This document shows positions 52,771 to 64,000 of a stretch of 64,000 nucleotides of DNA, piece after piece (within the stretch, counting starts at the first letter, position 1; each line of letters starts with the position of its first letter). The notes below the pieces were generated by a model, which was given only the letters and a program-made list of their open reading frames with translations, searched no databases and was not told where the DNA came from. The translations under genes and the position numbers were made by a program. Location: positions 46,502,001 through 46,566,000 of the forward strand of contig NC_058368.1 in NCBI RefSeq assembly GCF_018350175.1, written 5' to 3'. Origin of the DNA: Felis catus (Eukaryota).

Positions 52771-54167
52771 ACTTTTGTCACAGGTAAAAACTAAAAAATC
52801 ACTTTAGCATAAACATTGAATCCTCTATTTTAAATAATATAAAAAAACAAAATTCCTAGAAACTGTGGCCAGCCAAGTGTAGAGATACTGAAGGAAACGG
52901 AAGTGCTTATTTGAAGTCCTGATCCTTCAATTCATAGTACAGCTTGGTTCAGTTTTACTGGTTACTAAATAAACAGTATCAGAATTGGAAATGCATTTAA
53001 TGCATGACTCAATTTCCATAAAAGTTAATTTCCTGACTTTTCAGTTTGATTGCATCAGAAGTTATTCAGTGCAGGAGGGCAAAACAAAGCCAGTTGCTGC
53101 AGCTTTGGAATAATTAAGTAGTAATTTGACCAAACATTTCCTTCCTTTCTGTGTATTTCTCAAAGTCACTATTACACTACAAATTTTAGCAGAAACATTT
53201 TTAATGGGCATAATGCATAAGGGAAATAGTGCATAGCACAATGTTTCACAATCAGGGTAGGCAGCACCATCATGAGACCACTTTTTACTGCTATCTTTAG
53301 ATGTACTTGAGATAAACTTTTGATTTTCAGGCTTTGGAATCTTCAGATTACAGAAATGAAAGTCACCATCATCAATTTTCACATCCAAGCCCAATTTATT
53401 ATTCAATAGGAAACAACCTATAGAAAATTATATGAATAGTGCAATATTGTGACTTCAGATGTTACGCTAATGCAATGTTTTGTTAACATATTGACTTATG
53501 AAGATCAGACTGGTTAATGTCATTCCACTGTTTCCAGTTTGGATGATGCTATAATAAGCAATAAAGAAAGGAGGACTATCAATCCTTGAATTCCCATAGT
53601 CCTGGATCATTTGCCTTTGTTAAAAATGTATCATTCATAAAATTATGTGAAAAGATCTTGTACAGCTTTTACTTTTTAACTTTTTTGAGAGCACTTTCTT
53701 AAATATAATTTCATTTCATTACTGAACAAAAATTAAAAGTATGTTTGAATCTTTTTGCTCAGATGAAAAATTGGTAAAAATTGGAAGAGAATTGGAAAAA
53801 TTTTCCTCAACCTCCCCCAAACATACTCTGCTGCTGCCTTTACTTTGCAACTCATTGGTAAATTTTTTTAGTCTTTATCATTCACCTACACTAAATGACT
53901 TCTCATCTGACTTGATCTGTCGGTATACCTTGTTCTTTCTTCAATATTCCCTACTCCCCACCCTGTCTCAGATACCTTAGACTCCTCTTGGCCTACAATG
54001 CAAATATGGAGAAGAATCCTCAAAGCTCTCCAAGCCCTGTGCATTACTTTTCTATCTTAATGATCAACCAAAATTTTAATATGTATTCTTTTCACCTCCT
54101 GTAGTCCTGCTATCAAGCATATTTCACTGTCTTACTCCCTGGGTTTACAAAAGTCACACTTTTGTTA

Positions 54168-54345
54168 TTTTTATTAATTTTTTTATATTTATTTGAGAGA
54201 GAGAGAGAGAGAAAGAGAAAGAGAATCTTAAGCAGGTTCCACACTCGGCACAGAGGTGGGGGTGGGGCTCGATCCCAGGACCCTAGGATCATGACCTGAG
54301 CCGAAATCAACAGTTGGACGTTCAACTGACTCATCCAGGTGCCCC
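54168..54345 (-). mobile_element. CanSINE
   Basis: Ends 'aactgactcatccaggtgcccc'. Confidence 0.93.
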
Positions 54346-54424
54346 ATCCATTTTGTTACTTAGAGGTATATTTCTTCTAATGGAGGAGAGGGAGCTCAAA
54401 GGGCACTGACACCTACTTTTGGAA

Positions 54425-54635
54425 GACAGTGCAGCATAGAGAACATGAACATTAGAGTCAGGCCTTGAGGGCTTATACCTTATCTCTATCAAGGTGTTTT
54501 GTAACTTAATGAGTCTCAGTTTCCTCATTACTGAAATGGGTTTAATGATATCCATATCATAGGGTTATTATTAGATTAAATGCACAAAATATGCAAGTTT
54601 TTCATAGTATATTATAGGTGCTATTCAAAAAGTAT
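54425..54635 (+). mobile_element. MIR
   Basis: 'gagtctcagtttcctcattactgaaatggg...catagggttattattagattaaatg'. Confidence 0.75.
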
Positions 54636-54879
54636 CATTTTTCCTCTTCTAGGAAATAATGTATGAATATAAAAAGGAAATATTCTCAATTATAATATCT
54701 TAGGCTTTTAAAATCTATGTGAATCTGTATAAATGACAGCATCTCTTTGTGGCCATCATTTAAAAAATAAAAACTAATCCAAACTAATCTATACAGTCCA
54801 AATTAGGACTATATGATTCATTAAGTTCCTATACTAGATTTGCTGACCTCTGCCAGCCATTTAAAATTTTAAATATTTG

Positions 54880-55005
54880 GGGGATGATGCACCTGGCTGA
54901 CTCAGCCAGTAGAACATGTGACTCTTGATCTTGGGGTTGCAAGTTGAAGCCCCATGTTGGGTATAAAGATTACTTAAAAATAAAGTTTAAAAAAACAAAT
55001 AAAAT
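54880..55005 (+). mobile_element. Old short CanSINE (SINEC_old-type)
   Basis: 'cctggctgactcagccagtagaacatgtgactcttgatcttggggttgcaagttgaagccccatgttgggtataaagattacttaaaaataaa'; TTTAAATATTTG on both flanks. Confidence 0.88.
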
Positions 55006-55133
55006 AAAAATTTAAATATTTGCATACAACACTGGCTTTCAGTGTATATAAATTACATAAATCAGTTACTTAACTAGACCTTGCAAATCAACTAGTTAAT
55101 CCTCCAGTTTACAAATGAACACACTTAATTCTA

Positions 55134-55349
55134 TGCTTATTTATTTATTTTAATTTTTTTATTTTTGAGAGAGACAGAGCATGAGTGGGGGAGGAGCAGA
55201 GAGAGAGAAAGGGAGACACAGAATCTGAAGCAGGCTCCAGGCTTTGAGCTGTCAGCACAGAACCCAACGCAGACTCAAACCCACGAACTGTGAGATCATG
55301 ACCTGAGCCAAAGTCGGACACTTAACTGACTGAGCCACCCAGGGGCCCC
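55134..55349 (-). mobile_element. CanSINE
   Basis: TSD CACACT(T/G)AATTCTA at 55120 and 55355. Confidence 0.95.
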
Positions 55350-55734
55350 AACAGCACACTGAATTCTAATAATTTGCTCAGCCAGTAACAGCCATTATTA
55401 GAAGCCAGGTTTTTGACAATCTGTCTTTGTTTCTAATTTTTTTGATACTTTAATTTTTGTATAATTCAAATGCAATTCATATTTTAAAGATATATACTTT
55501 ATTCATCCTCTCCTTTGACCATAGGGCAAATGTTAAAGAAATGAAATCCGTAATTTATATTTTCAAATTTTCCCTCAGTGACCGCTGGGAGCACTCAATA
55601 GTTCTTTAATTAACATTCCATGGATTATAGCTCCAAAGTGTTGACCAAATGCCTCCAATCAAAAAAATAAAATAAAAATTAAGTTGAAAAATTTGTAAAA
55701 CTCTTAGCTTCCAAAGACATAACTTGTTTTCTTT

Positions 55735-55927
55735 TCTTTTTTTTCAATTTTTTTTATTGTTTATTTACTTTTGAGAAAGAGAGAGAGAGCAAGAGTGGGA
55801 GAGGGGCAGAGAGAGAAGGAGACACAGAATCTGAACAGAGCTTGACGAGGGGCTAGACCTCACTAACTGTGAGATCATGACCTGAGCCAAAGTCGGATGC
55901 TTAACTGACTAAGCCACCCAGGTGCTC
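55735..55927 (-). mobile_element. CanSINE (internal deletion)
   Basis: TSD TAACTTGTTTTCTTT at 55720 and 55928. Confidence 0.95.
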
Positions 55928-56814
55928 TAACTTGTTTTCTTTATAATAAAGTTTGTTCATGATTAAAATGTCTTACAATAAAAGTAATGTAAACTGCAAC
56001 TTTTTCTCTACTAATTTAGGTCAAAATAGTATCTCTAAAGGCACACAGTAAGATACAACAGAATTGCATGTATTTACCAAGTCCACTTTAAGACTATTTC
56101 CAGAAAATATAACTTGGAAAAAGAAAACATTTGCTCCATTACACTCCATAGAATTGTTATCCTAGGAGTAACATGTATCTAACATGTTGGGTCTAACATG
56201 CCACTCATTTATGAGATAAAAGAAAGTAGATACTAGAGAGTTGGAGTTTTGTGTGATATTTTAATTTTAGCATTTCAAGTAATTTTAGAAAATAAAGTTG
56301 CTCCTATCTTTCAGCAATAGTTGGATGCCATCTGATAAAATTTAGCACCGATGCCTTTTCTTCTGTCGCATCTAACTCAACCTTTCTTAGAGTACACACA
56401 TAGTGAAAATATAAGAATTTAATATATAAAACAAAGGGCTAAATACTTTAAATATGTATGAAACAAGTATAAATTAGAGAAAAAGTTTTGACAGTTACAT
56501 TTTGAATTTTAGAAAAAACTTGACTTCTTTCATTCACAGGCATTTGGAAAAAACTATACATTTAACCTCATAATTTAGAAAATAGAATGCAGAAAATGAC
56601 AACGCAAAACATACTTTAGATAAGGAATGTTCATTTCTCTGTGCCTCAGACTCATTGTCTATAATAAAGAATCTGTGCAGAGTGCTATGAATACGGCCAA
56701 GACCATATTTGGAGCTCAACTGATGAAAATAACGAAATAAAACAGAAACAGTTCTATTCTACGGAGCCACTTGTTTCCTATCTTTGACTTCAGCCTTTCT
56801 TTTATTCTCTATTC

Positions 56815-57110
56815 CTACTTAAATCCCTGAGGTCTTCAAAACTTAGCAAAATCTTTTCCCTGTCTCTCTTTTTCCCTTACTGGCCACCTCTTCTCAAATA
56901 TATCCACCTATTTTGTTTCCACCTGTGAAAATCTCAATTTTTGAACTCACACACTGAATTACACAGACTCATTTTTCTCCCTTACTAAACTGTGAGATTC
57001 CTAAGAACAAAAACTCTTTATTGCATGTCTGGAAACCTCCCCTCTACTTCAGTACTGGCATAGAATGGGAGTTTCACAAACGTTCTATGAATGAATGAAT
57101 GAATGAATGA
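56815..57110 (+). mobile_element. L2 3' end with (TGAA)n tail
   Basis: 'actaaactgtgagattcctaagaacaaaaact...cagtactggcatagaatgggagtttcacaaacgttctatgaatgaatgaatgaatgaatga'. Confidence 0.75.
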
Positions 57111-57182
57111 GGATAATGGGGACCAAATGAGATGGTGTTTGTTAAAAGACTGTAAATCATAAAGCGTTACATGTTCCATTTT

Positions 57183-57382
57183 TTTAAATAAAGTTTTATT
57201 TATTTATTTGGAGAGACAGAGGAAGTAGAGGAGGGGCAGAGAGGAGAGAAAGAGAATCCCAAGCAAGCTCTATACTGTCAGCAAGAAGCCCTATGTGGAC
57301 TCAAACCCATGAACCATAAGATCATGACCTGAGCGGAAACCAAGAGTCTGACGCTTAACCAACTGAGCCACCCAGGCGTACC
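57183..57382 (-). mobile_element. CanSINE
   Basis: Ends 'aaccaactgagccacccaggcgtacc'. Confidence 0.94.
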
Positions 57383-59839
57383 TACCTGCTCCATTCTTAA
57401 ACCAGCCTGGTGGAAAGGGAAAAATGCATGGAGGTTGTGATAACTAAACTGTGAGACAGCACAGGAAATAGACCAGAAATGGTAAAAAGAGAGACTTCCA
57501 GGTAAAAGGAAGTGCATAAAATAAGACAGACCTAAAAGTTAGGAAGAACTTGGCAAGTTGAACACAAAGTTACATAATAGAATGTCTTCTTTGTGCTATC
57601 CTAGCTTACATTAATATTGTATTTCAGAGGATTCTAAAACACTTAAGTTTGGATTCAATATGTTACCTCATTTATCACTGATATAAAACATATGTAAATA
57701 AAATATGGAGGATATTACAAATGATAGGGTGCAAAATAGAGAACACATCATGTATTTTAGAAAATGTACTCCAAATAGAGATAATACTATTATTAATGTT
57801 AAAATATGACTAAATCCCCAAAATTTATTTATTTCTCCTATTGAAAAAAAATTTTCTTTTACCTCCCTCTTACTCCTATTCTTCCTTCTGTAAAATAATA
57901 ATCCTGTTATATAAGTCAAATCACTTTCTTTGTTTTTTTGTTTTGCTTTCCTGTTCCACTCGCTGATTAACAAAATGTGTTTAAAAAATATTCCTTGTTC
58001 AAAATAATCAATTTATAAAAAACTTCAGTTCTATAGTACAGTTATTAATCATACAAAATTAAATATAATGATTAAGGGGAAAAAAACCATGAAACTATAC
58101 TCTATACAACTAATGAATATACTTCCAGGGTACTATTATAACTATTGTTTTTCAGGATCTTGGGCTGGTAAGTTTGAAACTTGGACTGTACCTTCTTTTT
58201 TTGTTCATTAGGTTATAATAAATGCTTCAAGAACCAAGCAGGAAACATCCAGACCTTATGACGACTGATGTGAACCAGCACACAGGTACCACAGAAAAGA
58301 AGCAAACTACGACTCACCTCTAGACAATTGTTGCCATGCCAATATAGAGGCCAGAGCTTTAGGATTCTTCTATGGATTTTTGTTTAAAAATCCTATTCTA
58401 AATTTGACAACAAATTTGTATGGTTGAAAATCTCTATCTGGACTGAACAGACTGTTTCCAAGACAAGGTGGCAACCTCAGTTTACTATAGCATTTCCTCA
58501 GGTTTGGTTTTTTTTTTTTTTCCGTTTTCTGAAATAGGTCATACAAAAAGCTTATGAACCTTTTACGTAGGTCTTCTTAAAGGCTGAACTGGATCAGATC
58601 ATACCATCTTCAGAAAGTTTCAATGGCACCACACTGCTTACCAGGGCAAATACCAATTTCTCAACCATATACTTATTGCTCAACAAAGTTGTCCCTAACA
58701 TCTTAACTATAGCATCATCCTCAAATTCTTACATTTCTGGCAAAATGGACACACTCCAACCATGTCTTTTCCTCCTATTCCCCAAAACCCATCTTAAACA
58801 ACATGTCATTAGAAAATAAATACTTTCTTATCCTTCTAATTGTTTCAGTGCCTAATTACTTATAATGTTGGTAAAATTTGTATCAAATAATGCTTTGAAT
58901 TACAGTTATTAGTATAGTTACAAATCTCCCATAAAAATCATATAGACTGTCTTATTTATCTCTGTATGTCCCTTTCCCCTCAATGTGTATTAATTGGACT
59001 TAATTTCTTAGTCTCCCTCTCCTACCAAATAATCTTGGAAAATCAAAGAATGAGGTATTTATTTGTGATAGTTATTACTGCCTATCTGAAATTTTCATAG
59101 TGCAAAAATATGTATTAACAGTTCATGCTATGGCTGGCTTATAGTTCTGGTAAGTGGGGGTATGGATTTGTTAACCACAGTCAAATTATTTTATCTAGTT
59201 TCTTCCAAGTAAGAGAACTGCCTCTACCAAAATTACATGAAACAAAACTTTCTCAAAATCCTTCAAGCCATTTTCACAGGAAGGATCAAGAAGAAGAGAC
59301 TGGAGTTGACAGTGAAAGATAAGAACAAAGATAACAAAGGTGTTGCATCAGAAGACTAGTCAGTGGCTACACATACATACACACACGCTCACACACAGGT
59401 GCACACACATGCATGCATACCTACTGACGTACATGCACATGTTCCCATGTACTTGCACAGGAAGAAGTTATGATAATAGCAGAAAGATTAGGACATGTTA
59501 ACAGATTCCTGAATCTAACAGCCCACTGTAAAAATACCTAAATTTGATTCTTAGTGATGCTTTCCTGAAAAAAAAAAAATGAAAGACAACAAAAGACCAA
59601 CAGAAAATAATGCAAACCAGCTAATCACTCTCAATTTGTATTCTCATTCTAAACCCAAATTTTCAAATTAAGTCTTAGGAATGGGATTTTACATTTTCCT
59701 ACAGACAAGAAAGAGCTGAGATTTATTTAGTATTGTATAAAAACAAGATCAAGACCTCTGCTTTTATTTTCCTATCAAAGGATAGACAGAGGTCCCAAAG
59801 ATGTAAGATAAAAGAGTTTAAACAGTAATTATAAGAGGA

Positions 59840-60150
59840 TTAAATTAATTCAAGAAATATCTACTGAGCTGTTATGGCTTAGATATTGTGCCAAGGTAAC
59901 CAGAATACAGAGATGATAACAGACAGTACATGCCCTCCAAGTGCACACACAGCCTTTAGTAGAAAGGGCACAAGAGAATGAATGGTTACAATGGATTATA
60001 AGAGGAGTAATTGAAATTTAAATGCCTTTCTATGCTATACTTGACTCTTGCTCAGTGATTGGGCAAGGAGAGTTTCACAGAGAAAGTGTCACTGGGGCTG
60101 GCATTTAAAGAATGAATGGATGAAAATATAAAAGAAAGACACAAAACGTA
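59840..60150 (-). mobile_element. L2 fragment
   Basis: 'aattcaagaaatatctactgagc...tgccctccaagtgcacacagcct...tttcacagagaaagtgtcactggggctgg'. Confidence 0.6.
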
Positions 60151-63099
60151 GTTTAGATTATATTTAAGGATTTTTTTTCCTTTTGAGAGGCATAAAAATG
60201 GAAACAGGATAATATTATCTCTACTGTATTTACTGAATAACATAAGGTTGGCCCTTATCCTGGATGATGGAGTATAGATTCTGCAAGGGAAAGTAATAAA
60301 ACCCAAAGTTAAAAAAAAAAAGTATTAGCATGAAAGTAAGAACTTCAGGACAACAGCATAGTGGTTTTGAATTTTTCTTGAAGGTGACATGTATCTTGGC
60401 ACAATATTTGGGTTTATAATGGTGATATCAGGTATCTTAATGAATAAATAGCTTATTATACGTAAAAACTATCTTTGTCCAATCTCTTATGTTTAAGATG
60501 TTTTTGACTACTAGAACTTCACTTTGTAGGCCAGACAGCGCCTGCCCCATATAAGTGCTCAATAAACAGTGTTTCAAGAAGTCAGTGCATAAAAAATGAA
60601 TAAATGGTTAAATGTAGCCCCAGAATAAAGATGGAACAAATATGACACTCATGTAAGAGAGAGAAAGTAGGAAATTTTAAGGCCAGAATGATGTCAGGAG
60701 TTTCATTTTTTTAGTTCTGAATTGGTGCACAAAATGGTGTATGTTCTTTTATGTTCATGTGATTTATACCCATTCTTATAAGAAAATAGAGCATATTTGG
60801 TTTAACTAACCTGTCACTTTTCACTCCTTTCAAACTATTTAGAATCTTTTGAATTCAATCACTGCAATTATACCAATTCTCTTAGAAGTCCACTGCCGCT
60901 TCTACTCTTTTCTCCATATATTTGAATTCATCTAGACATGCTCATTAGCCAAAGAAAGTTTTGTCATTACGGAGTACTAGAAACAGAGATAAATCCCCTG
61001 CAGATTTTCTGATCCATTTCTTGACCTATTTAAAAAAATAATCAGGTTCCTTAGCCTTCATCATAGAGAATTTCTACCATAATAAAATGTGCTGATGAAG
61101 AGAATAGCCACTTGCTGAATTATCTAGACCTGTCCTAAGATTTCGGCTATGTATAGATCCTAACTGACAATTTTTCAAGTAGAGGTGACAATAAATAGAA
61201 AAAGAATAAACCCTAAGAAGTATTTATAAAAACACATAATGGGATTCAAGGGATATAAAATATGCTAACAGAGTGCTTTGAACTGTCTAAAAAATGTACT
61301 TTATTCCTTATTTCCAATTTGACAGTTCTAAAATATGAGAATATTCTGAACAAAAAATTAATAAGGATACATTAGCTCTTGAATTCTCAAAATTAAACAT
61401 ATATAATGGTCCTTAAAATTATTAAGAAATCCTATGTCTTTGTAACTTTCTTCCATTTTATTTTTCACTGATTAAGAAGAACAAAATTATGGGAGTATGT
61501 CTCTCTATGTCATCTGCCAGTGAACCATTCAGTGAAAAAAAAAATCCTCTTAGCACTCAAACGTGATTGCTGTAAACATTTAAAACTCACCATCCTGAAA
61601 CTAACCCAAAAAAGTGCCCCATGTTCAAATGTATATTATGCATTTAAATTAGTTTTTAGAAGGTTCTCTTTACATTGCTAACCAGTTTGAAGATAATAAA
61701 GCAAGACATAGGCTTCCTGATGCTGTTTTTAATGACAATCATATCTGTCTTATAATGTTAATGTGTTCTAAAGCCGTGTGTACTCTTGTATCAAGGAGAT
61801 GTTTTCACTTCATGTGTTGGATCACTGCTTTTCAATATAGTTGAAAAGATTCTGTTGACTGGGTTCAGCTCATTGCACAAAGCCTGAAAGGCCCAGTGAT
61901 TACTAATGGGAGAGTATGGTCAGAGCTAAAATCCTTAATCCCAACCTCAAGAAAGGTGTCTCCACGTTTTCTGCTTAGCATCTTTCTACTATTCACCTAC
62001 TTAGCTTTCTAACTTTTCCATTCTCTCTTGCTCTGTTCTCAAGCAACTAATCCCATGCTATTTCTACCAATGAATCTTTCCACTCTCTACCCAACTATCC
62101 ATCAGAAAAACCCACTTTTATCCCTAGACAAGATGGGCCCTCTCTCAGCTCACTTGCAAACAAGTAGCAGAGATCAGACCATTCAGAGAGTAGCATGAGG
62201 GGAGACATTGTTGAATAATGGCTTCGAACAGGGCAGGTGAGAATATAAGGAGGTTACAGGAGAAGGGAAAAAAAGAAGAGAAGGGACACAGCTGATGCAT
62301 GAGAAAGTTAAGAAGTCAGCAGAAAGCCTAACATACCAAGGTCTAGAAGTAAGCAACAGGATAAAACAAGATCTTGCCAAATAAAATTTTTTACTTGAGT
62401 AATCCATTTGAGTAGAATAACAAGCCGTACTTTTCAAACAACACAATTAGTTTACGTATATGTGCATAAAAACATTTAACTCTCAAACAATAAACAAGCA
62501 TTATTGTGAATGTAGATCAGTATAGTTTCCGTGTTGAAGATGCTTTGCAATTGAAAATGTTACGTAGATGCTGTAATTGCCTTGCGTCCCATCATGACGA
62601 GAAATACAGAAAGTGGAAGTAGACATGGCAAGTACAGCCTCAAAGCCAGTTAAGGGGAAGTATACTTTGTCAAATGAGAAGAAAATTAAAATATTCTTTT
62701 CAGTAGTAATGATTTAAGCATATCGCTTGTACGCTCAGAAAGTCAAAATAGAAAGTTAAAAGGTTAATAAAATTAGATCTTTATAAGTTAACTGAAAATG
62801 GCATATATGTCAATGCTTAATACTAACTCCAGAAATAACCTTGACTACACATTTTAATCACATATGCAGACGGACTTACAGAGAACTTTTCAGAATGGCT
62901 AAGAAAGGACACAGATTAATGCTATTGTTGGGGGGGGGCGTTTACTGGTTATTATTAAGTCTAACCTCTTTGCCCTAAGGACTGAGCCTTTTATATTTAG
63001 AACTGGATATTTTATAAATTGGGTTACATAAAACTTCTATAAGATTTTTAGGGGGAAAAACATTAAGCTTTTCTATTGTTTCTTCTTCTTTTTGTTAAT

Positions 63100-64000
63100 T
63101 GTGCACAGTAAATTGACAATACTTATTTAAACACATTTTTTTAAAAAAATCTGACCCTTTTCTTCCTGGACCAAGGAATTTTCTCCGTCACAGAGTAATA
63201 GAGCTTGAAAACTTCAGCATCAGCAGGGAAGGCAGGCACTCCTTAGCCAGCCACTGTGAGAGAGAGAAAATGCAATTAAGGCTCCCACCAGGGAGAGAGA
63301 ACTAAACAAAACCTGCGTCTTCACACAAGAGCCTTTTTCTTCAATGCAAACTACAAGGCCTCAAATCTTGTTGGTGAGATGCTAGCATTTAGGACAACAC
63401 ACTTTCAGATTTTCTCACAGCAGATCAAAGTAAATAATGCAAGGGCAGCAAACAAAAGAGAAAACTCCAGTGTGCTTACATTAAAAAGAGATTACAGGGG
63501 ACTTACAAGTGATTGAAGGAATAGATGACATTTTTAAAAACATAAAACCAAGATCTTTAAGTACAGCTGGCAAATAAAGTCTAGTTGGGTTACTTTACTG
63601 AGAGTGACAAACCACAAGTGACTTACCACCATGAAATTAAAAAAGGGGAATTTTACTTTATCCTAGTATTTTCTACATCTAAAGTTATACATATTCCTGT
63701 TCTTCTCTTCCTGGGTTTTAGAATGTTCAAAGCCTAGAGTCATGACAACTGATAAAGGGAGGCATTAAAGTCATGAGCCTCCTCAAATCAATGCCACAGA
63801 ATATGCACAGCGCTCTGTGGATTGGAGATGTAGAATCACTCTGTTTCCCTCTTCCTCCCGAGGACAGTAATCAGTCATAAAAGCAGCTCTCCTCGTTCAT
63901 ATCAAGCCAACAGCTGGAAACTCTTCTGCAATGTTAAATTTAGCACGAACCCCTTACCAGGCACTGAACTTAGTCTTGTGGGTCTGTTCTACAGTCTTAA
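63100..64000. promoter_or_regulatory. Putative conserved non-coding element (may run off the window)
   Basis: Repeat-free; AGATCAAAG (63422), AACCACA (63610), TGATAA (63750), GTCATAAAA (63874), CAGCTG (63911). Confidence 0.4.

Noticed and set aside
53062..53406. 114-aa - strand ORF
   Set aside because: Non-ATG start, no recognisable domain or convincing splice sites; the region may instead be constrained non-coding DNA
6175..57517. Many ORFs containing ERERER, LSLSLS, GAPGWLS or YIYIYI
   Set aside because: Translations of CanSINEs and microsatellites
1..64000. CRISPR array, operon or other novel multi-gene system
   Set aside because: Mammalian non-coding DNA; recurring sequences are dispersed SINEs with TSDs, not regularly spaced repeats, and there are no long ORFs
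1..64000. POLA1/ARX or ELP4/PAX6 (E60 region) as the host locus
   Set aside because: As I recall those loci, POLA1, ELP4 or PAX6 coding exons should fall inside the window, and I could not find them by eye

Overview
AT-rich, CpG-poor mammalian genomic DNA, most likely a felid (cat), judged from 23 tRNA-derived carnivore SINEs (CanSINE), three of them near-identical young SINEC_Fc-type copies. I recognise no protein-coding exon, rRNA, tRNA gene or CRISPR array. The listed ORFs are read-throughs of SINEs, an LTR, microsatellites or random AT-rich DNA. The window looks like the interior of a very large intron or a gene desert. It contains CanSINEs (many with target-site duplications, TSDs), one ERV1-type solo LTR with a 4-bp TSD, an L1MA 3' fragment, old L2/MIR/CR1 fragments, hAT MITEs (MER5, MER33, MER53, MER58A) and microsatellites. 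Between these lie several repeat-free, motif-dense blocks (about 7.2-7.7, 22.4-22.9, 27.7-28.3, 36.3-37.4, 49.2-49.5 and 63.1-64.0 kb) that look like conserved developmental enhancers; conservation cannot be shown from one sequence. From memory only and unverified, the 7.2-7.7 kb block resembles the ultraconserved element in a FAM172A/ARB2A intron near NR2F1. I found no convincing novel biological system. The best leads are the putative enhancer array, three candidate cryptic or poison exons, a perfect 19-bp hairpin, a template-switch palindrome inside a SINE, and possibly polymorphic young SINE insertions. Repeat family names come from recalled consensus sequences, and boundaries of old repeats are approximate.
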